Source of the DNA: Podarcis vaucheri
Taxonomy: Eukaryota
NCBI GenBank assembly: GCA_965113315.1
Contig: OZ220369.1
Length of the DNA: 64,000 nt
Direction: 5' to 3' (one strand)
Shown here: positions 52,101 through 56,519 of the stretch, piece by piece
Layout: the number at the start of each line of letters is the position of its first letter
Position numbering within the stretch: the stretch's first letter is position 1
The notes under the pieces: generated by a model
What the model was told of the DNA's origin: nothing
What the model saw: the letters and a program-made list of their open reading frames with translations, nothing else
Database searches by the model: none
Program-made: the position numbers and the translations under genes

Positions 52101-54276
52101 TTTGAGTTCCAACCAATGAGGCCTGGAGAAGTTACTGGGCGCCTGTCCCTCTACAGCAATGAGCTGGGCTCCTTCCAGTACGACTTGATCCTGAAAGCCA
52201 CCCCAGCCCGGCCAGAGAAAGCCCTCTCCCTCTGCGCCATGCTGGGCAGCAGCCAGATCGTCTTCGCCAAGTTTGTCAACTACACCCGTCAGAAGACAGA
52301 GTACACAACCAAGGTGATTCCTGTTGCTGTGATGCCACTTCTGGTCCAAGTTGACAGACACAGAGCTTTCACCCACAGTAGCCTTTGCTTATAGGCAAAT
52401 CAACTTTCCCATCATCCTGCTCCACTAGCTTATGATACTGCCACACCTTTGTGGCATTGTAGCTCTTGCTACAGGCCCTGCAGAAGCAAAGTGCTTCCTC
52501 CCACCCCATCTTGACCACAGTGCCAACAAGCTTCTCTTCCCAACTAGCTGGAAAGCATGTGAACATCCCTCTGGAGCTGCTTTCTGCTGAGTCAGTCCTG
52601 TTAACATCTGCTTTTGCAGGCAGAGAAAGGTATTTCCCAGCCTGGGACTGAAGCAGGGACCATGTGCTTACTTTATGATGTTTATACTCTGCCTTCCTCC
52701 AAGCAGCTCAAGGTAGCATACACGGTTCTTTCCCATCCCATCACAACAATCCTACTTGTGAGAGGTAGCGACAGTAGCTGAGTGGGGATTCCCACGTCTC
52801 TTTGACTCTTTGCAAAGCATTTGCTCTGCTGTCCTGAGCTGTGACCCTCCTGTTACGTGCGCCACCCACTCCCAGCAGACAATGGCAGGGATGGGGAAGG
52901 GCTGTTAAATGTATCTGGACTTTGGCTATGATGCAGCTGAAATCTGTGCTAGCTGGTTGTGGGTCCCTCTCCCTGCTCAATAGGTTTAACCCAGGCTGAC
53001 CTGAGCAGTCAAATGGTTGTTTATGTGTGTGACTGGGGTGAGGTGAGGAGTTCTCCATGAGGAAACGTTGACTTTTCTTTGCAGAAGATGCAAGGAGTTC
53101 TATGAGTCTCCCCTTTGCTGCCAGGCAAATGAAAATTGCAGAGGAAGTGGAAAAAGTTTGAGGCAGCACGAAGGCAAGGGTGGATGTGACAATGCAATGC
53201 AGTGCAAATTTGCAACTGAGAAAGCAAGAGGCCTCCTCACTCCATTTGAATATACCTTTTGGGTTCTGACAAATATTGCATCCTCCAGGATATTGTAAAT
53301 AAAAATAGCTGCTGCCAGGCTCCAGATTGTTTCCTTCTGTGCCCAAGTTGGGATTTTTCTCACAAGGAAGGATTCTGGGTAAAAGGAGATCTGCCTTACG
53401 ATGCCTGTGTGAGAGGCTGCCAGGGTGAAATGCCTGTAGGTGCATGGGACCTACCCCCGCCTCTATGCCTCTCTCCCCTCTCCAGTGAGACTCCTTGTTT
53501 TCAGAACAAACCAGTACAATGGGTTGTGCTCTTCTGTCTGGGGTTGGTGGCTGATTGCTTCATTGCTCCAAAGGACAAAGGCATTGCAGGAGGAGTTTTG
53601 CCAGGGAGAGGAAGCAGTAACTGAGCCTGAGCACAACAATAATGCAACCCAGTTTGTTTGTTCTGTTTTACTGGAGTTTGTTCTGACCCTCTGGACAAGA
53701 TGTGAGTCAGTAAGAAATGTTACGTTTGTCTGCTCTGTGGTACAACTGCAGCCACCAGACTAACCAGACCGTGATTTCTCTTTCCAGCTTGACTGCCCTG
53801 ACTTCCACGTGGACAAAGTCATCAATGCACCTGCAGGATCTCTAGGAGGCACTGAGGTCAGCGTGGAAGTAATCTTTGAGCCTTGCCAGTTGGGTGAATG
53901 CAAGGGAACACTTGTCCTTTCCTCAACCATAGGAGGCGACTATGTCATCCCACTCAGTGGCACATCAATCCCTCCTAAACCACAGGGGCCCATTCAGATC
54001 AGGGCTGGCACCAGCACAGCCATTCCCTTTAAGAATGTCTTCCTGCATCCCATGGCTTTCTCCTACATTGTGGAGAATTCTGCCTTCACTGTGAAGGCCA
54101 CTGAGACTATTAAGGCTAAGAAATCATCTACCATCCTAGTTTCCTTTGAAGGGAACCCAAGTGGCACGAAAGCCGCTGTCACCAGCAAGCTGGTTGTCTC
54201 TTGTCCTCGTGCAGCTGGGCTGGGCTCAGGAGTTTCCTGGGTTTATTATCTAAAGGGTATCACACCTGAGAAATGA
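602..54276 (+). CDS. HYDIN: HYDIN axonemal central pair apparatus protein, 3' 49 coding exons (5' part of gene lies upstream of window)
   Basis: Spliced translation matches HYDIN as I recall it (GELDNNPVSKAIARHLGIDISPEG, IIIHGAPLTGKS, LSDCYRGMVFDGLDTLF, MDEEEYDALTEE, VPDWDDRLHTVKWVD, C-terminal WVYYLKGITPEK*). All 48 internal introns are GT-AG with matching phases. Confidence 0.97.
963..1072 (+). mobile_element. Penelope-like element 3'/pLTR fragment starting inside the hammerhead core
   Basis: 13-bp TSD CTAGATCAGGAGA (950-962, 1073-1085); insert (GA)AAGCTTATACCAAGAAC...TAAGGTGCTA...CAGACCAACACGACTACC resembles reptile Penelope termini (from recall) and the 58653 copy. Confidence 0.7.
1932..2102 (+). 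CDS. HYDIN: HYDIN exon 2
   Basis: ttcag|, ...GELDNNPVSKAIARHLGIDISPEGRAARNRRGIAIIIHGAPLT, |gtacag. Confidence 0.93.
2810..2983 (+). CDS. HYDIN: HYDIN exon 3
   Basis: ctag|, GKSSAAITLAKHY...ENEEG, |gtaagt. Confidence 0.93.
3140..3358 (+). mobile_element. Degenerate MIR/CORE-like SINE
   Basis: tRNA-like head remnant, core ctctcagcctaacctacctt...gttgttgtg, L2-like tail; related to minus-strand copies at 47215 and 51555. Confidence 0.5.
3845..4068 (+). CDS. HYDIN: HYDIN exon 4
   Basis: caag|, TEGQLTLPLNNRLSTEALGK...QQSDQPGSQ, |gtgaga; not in ORF track. Confidence 0.85.
4190..4348 (+). mobile_element. 3' fragment of a squamate SINE interrupted by a partial hairpin MITE (about 4222-4290)
   Basis: ctgccagtcagtgtagac...actgagcaagatagaccaatggtc...aaggcagcttc is split by ccaacctggtgccctccaggtgttggactacaactcccatc. 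Confidence 0.5.
5521..5658 (+). CDS. HYDIN: HYDIN exon 5
   Basis: tacag|, IPSSPIP...SCVLPEELLVEILSERMQ, |gtaaca. Confidence 0.93.
5993..6234. mobile_element. Tc1/mariner (Tigger/pogo-like) MITE
   Basis: TA TSDs (5991-92, 6235-36); TIR CAGTGGTACCTC / GAGGTACCATTG; internal repeats of cttcaggtta. Confidence 0.85.
7464..7647 (+). CDS. HYDIN: HYDIN exon 6
   Basis: aacag|, LSDCYRGMVFDGLDTLF...KAKQEQE, |gtaagg. Confidence 0.94.
8404..8545 (+). CDS. HYDIN: HYDIN exon 7
   Basis: gaag|, EREQQEAIAREK...MDEEEYDALTEE...RERKKR, |gtcaga. Confidence 0.9.
8569..8737. mobile_element. Tc1/mariner-superfamily MITE with CCGTATT termini
   Basis: TA TSDs (8567-68, 8738-39); ends CCGTATTTTTTGC / GCGAAGAATACGG; internal tgcgtgttat repeats. 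Confidence 0.8.
9679..9853 (+). CDS. HYDIN: HYDIN exon 8
   Basis: gaag|, EQEKLARELEEKK...QQGGKQ, |gtaagt. Confidence 0.9.
10046..10687 (+). CDS. HYDIN: HYDIN exon 9 (charged E/R/K repeat)
   Basis: ccag|, NAPVPALK...GRKDRERERQERLEKER...KLPDIVQ, |gtgagg. Confidence 0.93.
11236..11451 (+). CDS. HYDIN: HYDIN exon 10
   Basis: gtag|, ILNGLGLGPSGPPIPP...LPTVK, |gtagag. Confidence 0.9.
12100..12200. mobile_element. Degenerate short palindromic MITE-like repeat (a similar one lies near 47440-47530)
   Basis: gcaattgcatac...cttacctgaaagtaa...cttacttcagagtag...ggattgtac forms an imperfect hairpin. Confidence 0.4.
12248..12441 (+). CDS. HYDIN: HYDIN exon 11
   Basis: ttag|, EEQTTPTRGKGKKEK...TEKLSR, |gtaagg. 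Confidence 0.88.
12686..12868 (+). CDS. HYDIN: HYDIN exon 12
   Basis: acag|, LTCFRWTVPANGEV...ICQDPT, |gtaagt. Confidence 0.93.
13872..13991 (+). CDS. HYDIN: HYDIN exon 13
   Basis: ccag|, IVFPHR...FGPLLCGKSRE, |gtaagt. Confidence 0.93.
14443..14602 (+). CDS. HYDIN: HYDIN exon 14
   Basis: acag|, YKALRYP...TLKPNEKQ, |gtaatg. Confidence 0.92.
14692..14864 (+). CDS. HYDIN: HYDIN exon 15
   Basis: ccag|, ELTIWAYPT...KLLLHR, |gtagat (preceded by 89-nt intron). Confidence 0.93.
15299..15497 (+). CDS. HYDIN: HYDIN exon 16
   Basis: gcag|, KETKPLYLKN...KKAIRLE, |gtgagc. Confidence 0.93.
16258..16543 (+). mobile_element. tRNA(Ile-like)-derived SINE with CR1-type 3' tail
   Basis: A box TAGCTCATTTGG, B box GGTTCGATCC, tail GGTTGGACTAGATGATC...TATGATTCTATGA; interrupted by a MITE. 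Confidence 0.75.
16363..16498. mobile_element. hAT-type hairpin MITE nested in the SINE
   Basis: TIR CAGGCACGGCCAAACT / AGTTTGGCCATGCCTG; near-TSD GACTAG(A)T; almost fully self-complementary. Confidence 0.8.
17149..17248 (+). CDS. HYDIN: HYDIN exon 17
   Basis: tcag|, VSDVENILGIVQIENI...DISFPK, |gtgggt. Confidence 0.93.
17465..17640 (-). mobile_element. CR1-type 3' end or related SINE remnant (similar copies near 31090-31290 + and 63400-63480 +)
   Basis: taagaagagccctgc...ggatcagaccaaaagcccatctagtgcagcattctgttc is the reverse complement of the tail seen at 31210-31285 and 63405-63478. Confidence 0.5.
17900..18040. mobile_element. Degenerate hairpin MITE
   Basis: Ends agccttcc / ggaaggct; core gatgatgggagttgtaatcc shared with the 16363 family. 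Confidence 0.55.
18448..18547 (+). CDS. HYDIN: HYDIN exon 18
   Basis: gcag|, TNGGVELG...KNKGKYEIGY, |gtgagc. Confidence 0.92.
19599..19767 (+). CDS. HYDIN: HYDIN exon 19
   Basis: ctag|, FVVESTD...KPILQCH, |gtaaga. Confidence 0.92.
20795..21033 (+). CDS. HYDIN: HYDIN exon 20
   Basis: ctag|, VVEPNLCEGGEIIATIPIK...PLRK, |gtgagc. Confidence 0.93.
21631..21751 (+). CDS. HYDIN: HYDIN exon 21
   Basis: gcag|, PSHEKSSR...MQKDVTTVVQ, |gtaggc. Confidence 0.9.
22070..22432 (+). mobile_element. Full-length young Sauria SINE
   Basis: GGGACGCGGGTGGCGCTGTGG head, B box GGTTCGAATCC, (ACCTTT)n tail, 14-bp TSD TTAATGTTTAAGTC (22056-22069, 22433-22446), CpGs intact. Confidence 0.92.
23135..23339 (+). CDS. 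HYDIN: HYDIN exon 22
   Basis: atag|, ARFSLGIFTVSPGFG...LLAESCVP, |gtaggt. Confidence 0.93.
23590..23825 (+). CDS. HYDIN: HYDIN exon 23
   Basis: caag|, FVMDDMGTIFEEH...KSISSK, |gtgaga. Confidence 0.92.
23994..24408. mobile_element. Tc1/mariner (Tigger/pogo-like) MITE, second subfamily
   Basis: TA TSDs; TIR CAGTGGTACCTCGCAAGACGAA / TTCGTCTTGCGGGGCACCACTG; internal TCGCAAGACGAA repeats. Confidence 0.85.
25328..25659. mobile_element. Young CpG-rich hAT MITE
   Basis: 8-bp TSD GTATAAAT (25320-25327, 25660-25667); 15-bp TIR CAGGGGTCTG(T/C)AACC. Confidence 0.9.
25668..25710. repeat. (TAT)n microsatellite (LINE tail)
   Basis: Direct reading. Confidence 0.9.
25812..25963 (+). CDS. HYDIN: HYDIN exon 24
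   Basis: acag|, SSFRISDIFEL...MQNYQCIFEA, |gtatcc. Confidence 0.92.
26062..26251 (+). CDS. HYDIN: HYDIN exon 25
   Basis: tcag|, VVAKSRNL...GNPLLLFRRLLLGH...LVQ, |gtaggc. Confidence 0.93.
27292..27403 (+). CDS. HYDIN: HYDIN exon 26
   Basis: ccag|, LFLNISDE...RPTTKCIY, |gtaaat. Confidence 0.9.
27666..27917 (+). CDS. HYDIN: HYDIN exon 27
   Basis: ctag|, RKPHTASL...NQYEETSIQMVGEGY, |gtgaga. Confidence 0.93.
28370..29310 (-). mobile_element. L1-clade LINE ORF2 C-terminus/3' remnant
   Basis: AT-rich; minus strand gives a degenerate zinc-knuckle-like CCRCNNASLKSMFMQCP and LILIHWNHKSMPPFNQWIEYM, typical of vertebrate L1 ORF2 ends; boundaries approximate. Confidence 0.55.
28676..28854. mobile_element. 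GC-rich hAT MITE nested in the L1 remnant
   Basis: 8-bp TSD GGTTCCAG (28668-28675, 28855-28862); 11-bp TIR CAGTGGCGGAG / CTCCGCCACTG. Confidence 0.88.
29710..29852 (+). CDS. HYDIN: HYDIN exon 28
   Basis: acag|, PRIDCVQFGDCHIG...HFSPQ, |gtaggt. Confidence 0.93.
30260..30478 (+). CDS. HYDIN: HYDIN exon 29
   Basis: ctag|, VGHLHSGC...VPDWDDRLHTVKWVD...KKK, |gtaaga. Confidence 0.95.
31358..31518 (+). CDS. HYDIN: HYDIN exon 30
   Basis: gtag|, VIETDPEPAH...FQTRVY, |gtgagt. Confidence 0.93.
31797..31921 (+). CDS. HYDIN: HYDIN exon 31
   Basis: ccag|, VELSNTGNVQLEYTW..., |gtaagc (in-frame alternative donor after 31912). Confidence 0.88.
32898..33123 (+). CDS. HYDIN: HYDIN exon 32
   Basis: tcag|, EVPSVASIK...PFFMEP...FEGRLLC, |gtaagg; 5' boundary less certain. 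Confidence 0.85.
33893..34105 (+). CDS. HYDIN: HYDIN exon 33
   Basis: tcag|, ISNLKPDEEGP...LPYCHFELEDS...VIEFTSIG, |gtgagt. Confidence 0.94.
35257..35392 (+). CDS. HYDIN: HYDIN exon 34
   Basis: gtag|, SFAIMNPTNATYSFQW...PEKKVE, |gtgagt. Confidence 0.93.
36283..36314. repeat. (GT)16 microsatellite
   Basis: Direct reading. Confidence 0.95.
36426..36591 (+). CDS. HYDIN: HYDIN exon 35
   Basis: gtag|, VIFEFIP...WTFLIPEH...SLLI, |gtaagg. Confidence 0.94.
37072..37219 (+). CDS. HYDIN: HYDIN exon 36
   Basis: caag|, HEARESIDIINNE...PMEGSIPPRS, |gtaaag. Confidence 0.92.
37614..37821 (+). CDS. HYDIN: HYDIN exon 37
   Basis: ccag|, LPISILF...EGEVNFNLIC...ISFQE, |gtgaga. Confidence 0.93.
38190..39205 (+). 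mobile_element. L2/CR1-clade LINE internal RT fragment (pseudogenised)
   Basis: Broken peptides PWYTPELR..., ATTCTLDHCSSWLIK, LKEAVVKPFLKKPSLD..NYRPVAN, LILDLSAAFDTIDH; stops and frameshifts. Confidence 0.85.
39287..39508 (+). CDS. HYDIN: HYDIN exon 38
   Basis: acag|, MQVSDYAQC...NTGKFNF...ELKLQ, |gtaagg. Confidence 0.93.
39727..39896 (+). CDS. HYDIN: HYDIN exon 39
   Basis: acag|, ISHGPTFTC...FGSCFIYQGGM, |gtaagc. Confidence 0.93.
41303..41501 (+). CDS. HYDIN: HYDIN exon 40
   Basis: atag|, LECLFTN...IPITFYPRE...GIEMK, |gtgaga. Confidence 0.94.
42506..42664 (+). CDS. HYDIN: HYDIN exon 41
   Basis: acag|, IEVAEP...ELQEQK, |gtaagg. Confidence 0.93.
43797..43915 (-). mobile_element. Older Penelope-like pLTR fragment with degenerate hammerhead core
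   Basis: Minus strand reads CAT-CTGATGA-AGTGGACC...AGCTT-AAGCCATAATAAATG...CTAGCATGGCTACCCCTCTG, the same layout as the 963 and 58653 fragments. Confidence 0.55.
44504..44784 (+). CDS. HYDIN: HYDIN exon 42
   Basis: acag|, ILSMTPCNEITLKPKE...MQNTGDIGV, |gtaaac. Confidence 0.94.
45478..45697 (+). CDS. HYDIN: HYDIN exon 43
   Basis: aaag|, FKWDAKRFKP...PQVKE, |gtacaa. Confidence 0.93.
46028..46135. mobile_element. Hairpin MITE (16363 family); more degenerate copies near 46325-46462, 49890-50075, 55548-55635, 61110-61235
   Basis: Near-identical core ccagatgttttgggaatacaattcccatcatccctgaccactggtcctgttagctaggg...acatctggaggg. Confidence 0.75.
46794..47006 (+). CDS. HYDIN: HYDIN exon 44
   Basis: tcag|, VVNFTCQVRAKHTQ...KKDQ, |gtattt. 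Confidence 0.94.
47215..47375 (-). mobile_element. MIR/CORE-like SINE fragment
   Basis: tttaatcctcaccacagccct...aggctgagaggcagtgactggcctaaggtcacccagtgagtttcatggc. Confidence 0.6.
47785..47948 (+). CDS. HYDIN: HYDIN exon 45
   Basis: ttag|, GSIFFPLPDGTG...NWLNKPQ, |gtaaat. Confidence 0.95.
48279..48314. repeat. (GGAA)9 microsatellite
   Basis: Direct reading. Confidence 0.95.
49113..49148. repeat. (AGT)12 microsatellite
   Basis: Direct reading. Confidence 0.95.
49497..49647 (+). CDS. HYDIN: HYDIN exon 46
   Basis: acag|, FRVTVDMLKPE...EGMYSAK, |gtaaat. Confidence 0.94.
50475..50705 (+). CDS. HYDIN: HYDIN exon 47
   Basis: gcag|, VTFRNETTQEFL...PAQSE, |gtatga. Confidence 0.94.
51555..51770 (-). 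mobile_element. MIR/CORE-like SINE (a shorter copy lies near 52670-52795)
   Basis: Same family as 47215; retains reverse head ccaggtcctagtctgacacttttaaccactatgccatac. Confidence 0.6.
52089..52313 (+). CDS. HYDIN: HYDIN exon 48
   Basis: tcag|, GVLVFEFQP...NYTRQKTEYTTK, |gtgatt. Confidence 0.94.
53788..54276 (+). CDS. HYDIN: HYDIN terminal coding exon 49
   Basis: ccag|, LDCPDFHVDKVINA...WVYYLKGITPEK, TGA at 54274-54276. Confidence 0.96.
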   Translation, partial: LDCPDFHVDKVINAPAGSLGGTEVSVEVIFEPCQLGECKGTLVLSSTIGGDYVIPLSGTSIPPKPQGPIQIRAGTSTAIPFKNVFLHPMAFSYIVENSAFTVKATETIKAKKSSTILVSFEGNPSGTKAAVTSKLVVSCPRAAGLGSGVSWVYYLKGITPEK

Positions 54277-54750
54277 AACTGTGGAGAGTCACTGTGTTGT
54301 CTTGTTTCATTTAAGCATTGCCATAAGGAGGGAGAGAGAGCTAGACAATCAGTGCATGTCTTGCTTTTTGGTATTTGAGCCCCTGTGTCAAGCATCTTCC
54401 TTGCTTTTCTTAGGAGAAGGGAAAGTTGGCAATGCCTCTGTACCTTTTGGAAGGAGAGGGGAGGAAAGCCCTCTGTGATTGTCCTTGCGGCAAGCACGGA
54501 GGACAGCAGGGTGTGTTATACAGGGCTTCCACATGCAAGATTTCTGTCAGAACAAACCAAGTGTCTCCTTGTGTAAGGAGGGCAGCACACATCACACTAG
54601 GAATGTCCTTCTTCCCTTAATATTCCTCCAGTGTTCAATCTGCTGAATAAGTTAATGCAGCAGCATAAAACATCACCTGGAAATGTGCAAAATGAGCTTC
54701 CGCCTTATATTCATGATAAGAATGTCTTGTTACATAAGATTTTATTTTGG

Positions 54751-54766
54751 AATAAAGGTTATTAAA
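54751..54766 (+). terminator. Probable HYDIN polyadenylation signals
   Basis: AATAAA at 54751-54756 and ATTAAA at 54761-54766, about 480 nt after the stop, preceded by a U-rich tract. Confidence 0.65.
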
Positions 54767-56166
54767 CAAAACAAGAAACTGCTTGAAAGTTTGTCAGGAC
54801 AAGGCTGCGGGCAGGATTCTGGGATGTGGTTGGGAGAGAACCAGACCGAAAGCTTAATGTCTGCTCAGGTTGCCTGGAAACAGTTAGATGATTTGGATGG
54901 CAATAATCAGCTGTCAGTTACCTCCATGGTAGAAAGTGGGAGAGGCAGAACAACCATGACCTGTGACATCAGGGTTGTGCATAATTCCACATACCTGTCT
55001 GTAGACTCAGTTGTGCAAATGTGCAGGTTAGGCTGAGAGGGACAGCTGGCATCCTGAGAATCTGTTTCTGGAACTTCTGGCTGCAGAGAAACATATAAGG
55101 GCATGGGCAAAATATCCAGTGAAATATTTGACTCCAGAGGGATAACAGGACTTCTTTTGGTGATAGTGATGGAGACCAGGGCTTTCTTGCTTATGACCCA
55201 GATGCTTTCCCACAAGGTGCTATTTGCTAGCATGCCCCTCTTCAGAACTGTCTGTGAAAAAGTTAGGTATGCCCTGCCCTCCCCCAGTGTTGGCTCTGAC
55301 AACATAAAAGGGCCAAATAGAGAAAAGTGAAACATTTCCGCAAGTGGCTGATTCCTAATTAAGCAGCACAATCTCTGCCACTGCTCACAATTGTCCTAGT
55401 GTCAGGCTTTCTTTTAAATAAAGAGGTAGAAGAGGCTGTGCTGCCAGTCTTTCAAATGAAACTTAGGGACATGGGAGATAAGTATGGTTTTGACTGTTTC
55501 TCGCTCAAGATGCCATCATTTGAGTTCCTTCAAATTGAAACGCTTTACAGCAGGGGTGGCTAATGTGGGCACTTTCCAGAAGTTGTTGGGACTCCCAAGT
55601 CTCTTCAGCTGGATGGTTGCAGGTTCGCCACCCCTCCTTTACAGCAATGCTCTGCAACAGAGGGTTGGGGCAGCGGCATTATTTGCCAGATGGTAAAAAA
55701 AAAATTAATTAAAGGGGTCCCCAAATGTCTGTTTGGACGAAAGGTGGGATTCGAGTGTCAAACTGTTGAAGGCAATTACTTTATACAGTAGAGTGAGGAA
55801 AATGCTGGGTCTACGAGACCCGCTGACATGAATGAAGGCGACTAACTTAAGCCATCCGTATCAGTGGGTCTATGAGCAGCACTGAGTTGGAGGCAGCCCA
55901 GAAAGGTAGGAAAGTGATTTATACCAGGTCAGGCCACCTGCGAGAGCTGCTGGCCCTTGGAGCTGGGCGATGCCGCTCCACCGCCCGAGAGGGGCGTCTG
56001 CCGATCCAAATGAGGCGTCGCTCGAAGGCGCTGGGCGAGAAGCCCCACCAAGCCTCCCCGAGCTTCAAGGTGGACTGCGCCGCCCTGACTGCGCCTTGAT
56101 CGCTGGCGACACGCAGGAGCCGGTTCGAGGACCGCATGAACGAAGAAAAGCGGCTCGGGAGAATTT

Positions 56167-56242
56167 GTCACGTGAGACCGCCGGGAAGGGGGGGGAGCAG
56201 GAAGCACCTGATATCTCACGTGACTGAACCAAGATGGCCGCC
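56167..56242. promoter_or_regulatory. Two CLEAR/E-box sites (TCACGTGA) followed by a YY1-type motif
   Basis: GTCACGTGAGA 56167-56177, TCTCACGTGAC 56214-56224, CAAGATGGCCGCC 56230-56242. Confidence 0.7.
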
Positions 56243-56356
56243 GCCTGGTAGCCGGAGAGAGAGGCGGGGAAGCGCCTCCTCCGCTACAGCAGCGCCAGTG
56301 CCTCCTTCCCGCCCACCTGCTCTTGCGCTCGGGAGCCGCTCGTCCCTTTCTCGCCT

Positions 56357-56384
56357 CCTTCCTTCCTTCCTTCCTTCCTTCCTT
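56357..56384. repeat. (CCTT)7 microsatellite in the presumed VAC14 5'UTR
   Basis: Direct reading; ends 31 nt before the ATG. Confidence 0.9.
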
Positions 56385-56415
56385 GAGGCCGGGGCAAGGC
56401 GGAACGACCGGCGCG

Positions 56416-56519
56416 ATGAACCCGGAGAAGGACTTCTCTCCGCTGACGCCGAGCATCGTGCGGGCCTTGAACGACAAACTCTACGAGAAGCGGAAGGTGG
56501 CGGCGCTGGAAATCGAGAA
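56416..56519 (+). CDS. VAC14: VAC14 exon 1 (coding part)
   Basis: ATG at 56416, MNPEKDF...ALEIE(K), |gtgagc. Confidence 0.96.

Noticed and set aside
52741-53445. 234-aa minus-strand intronic ORF
   Set aside because: No recognisable domain, ends in a SINE remnant; consistent with chance.
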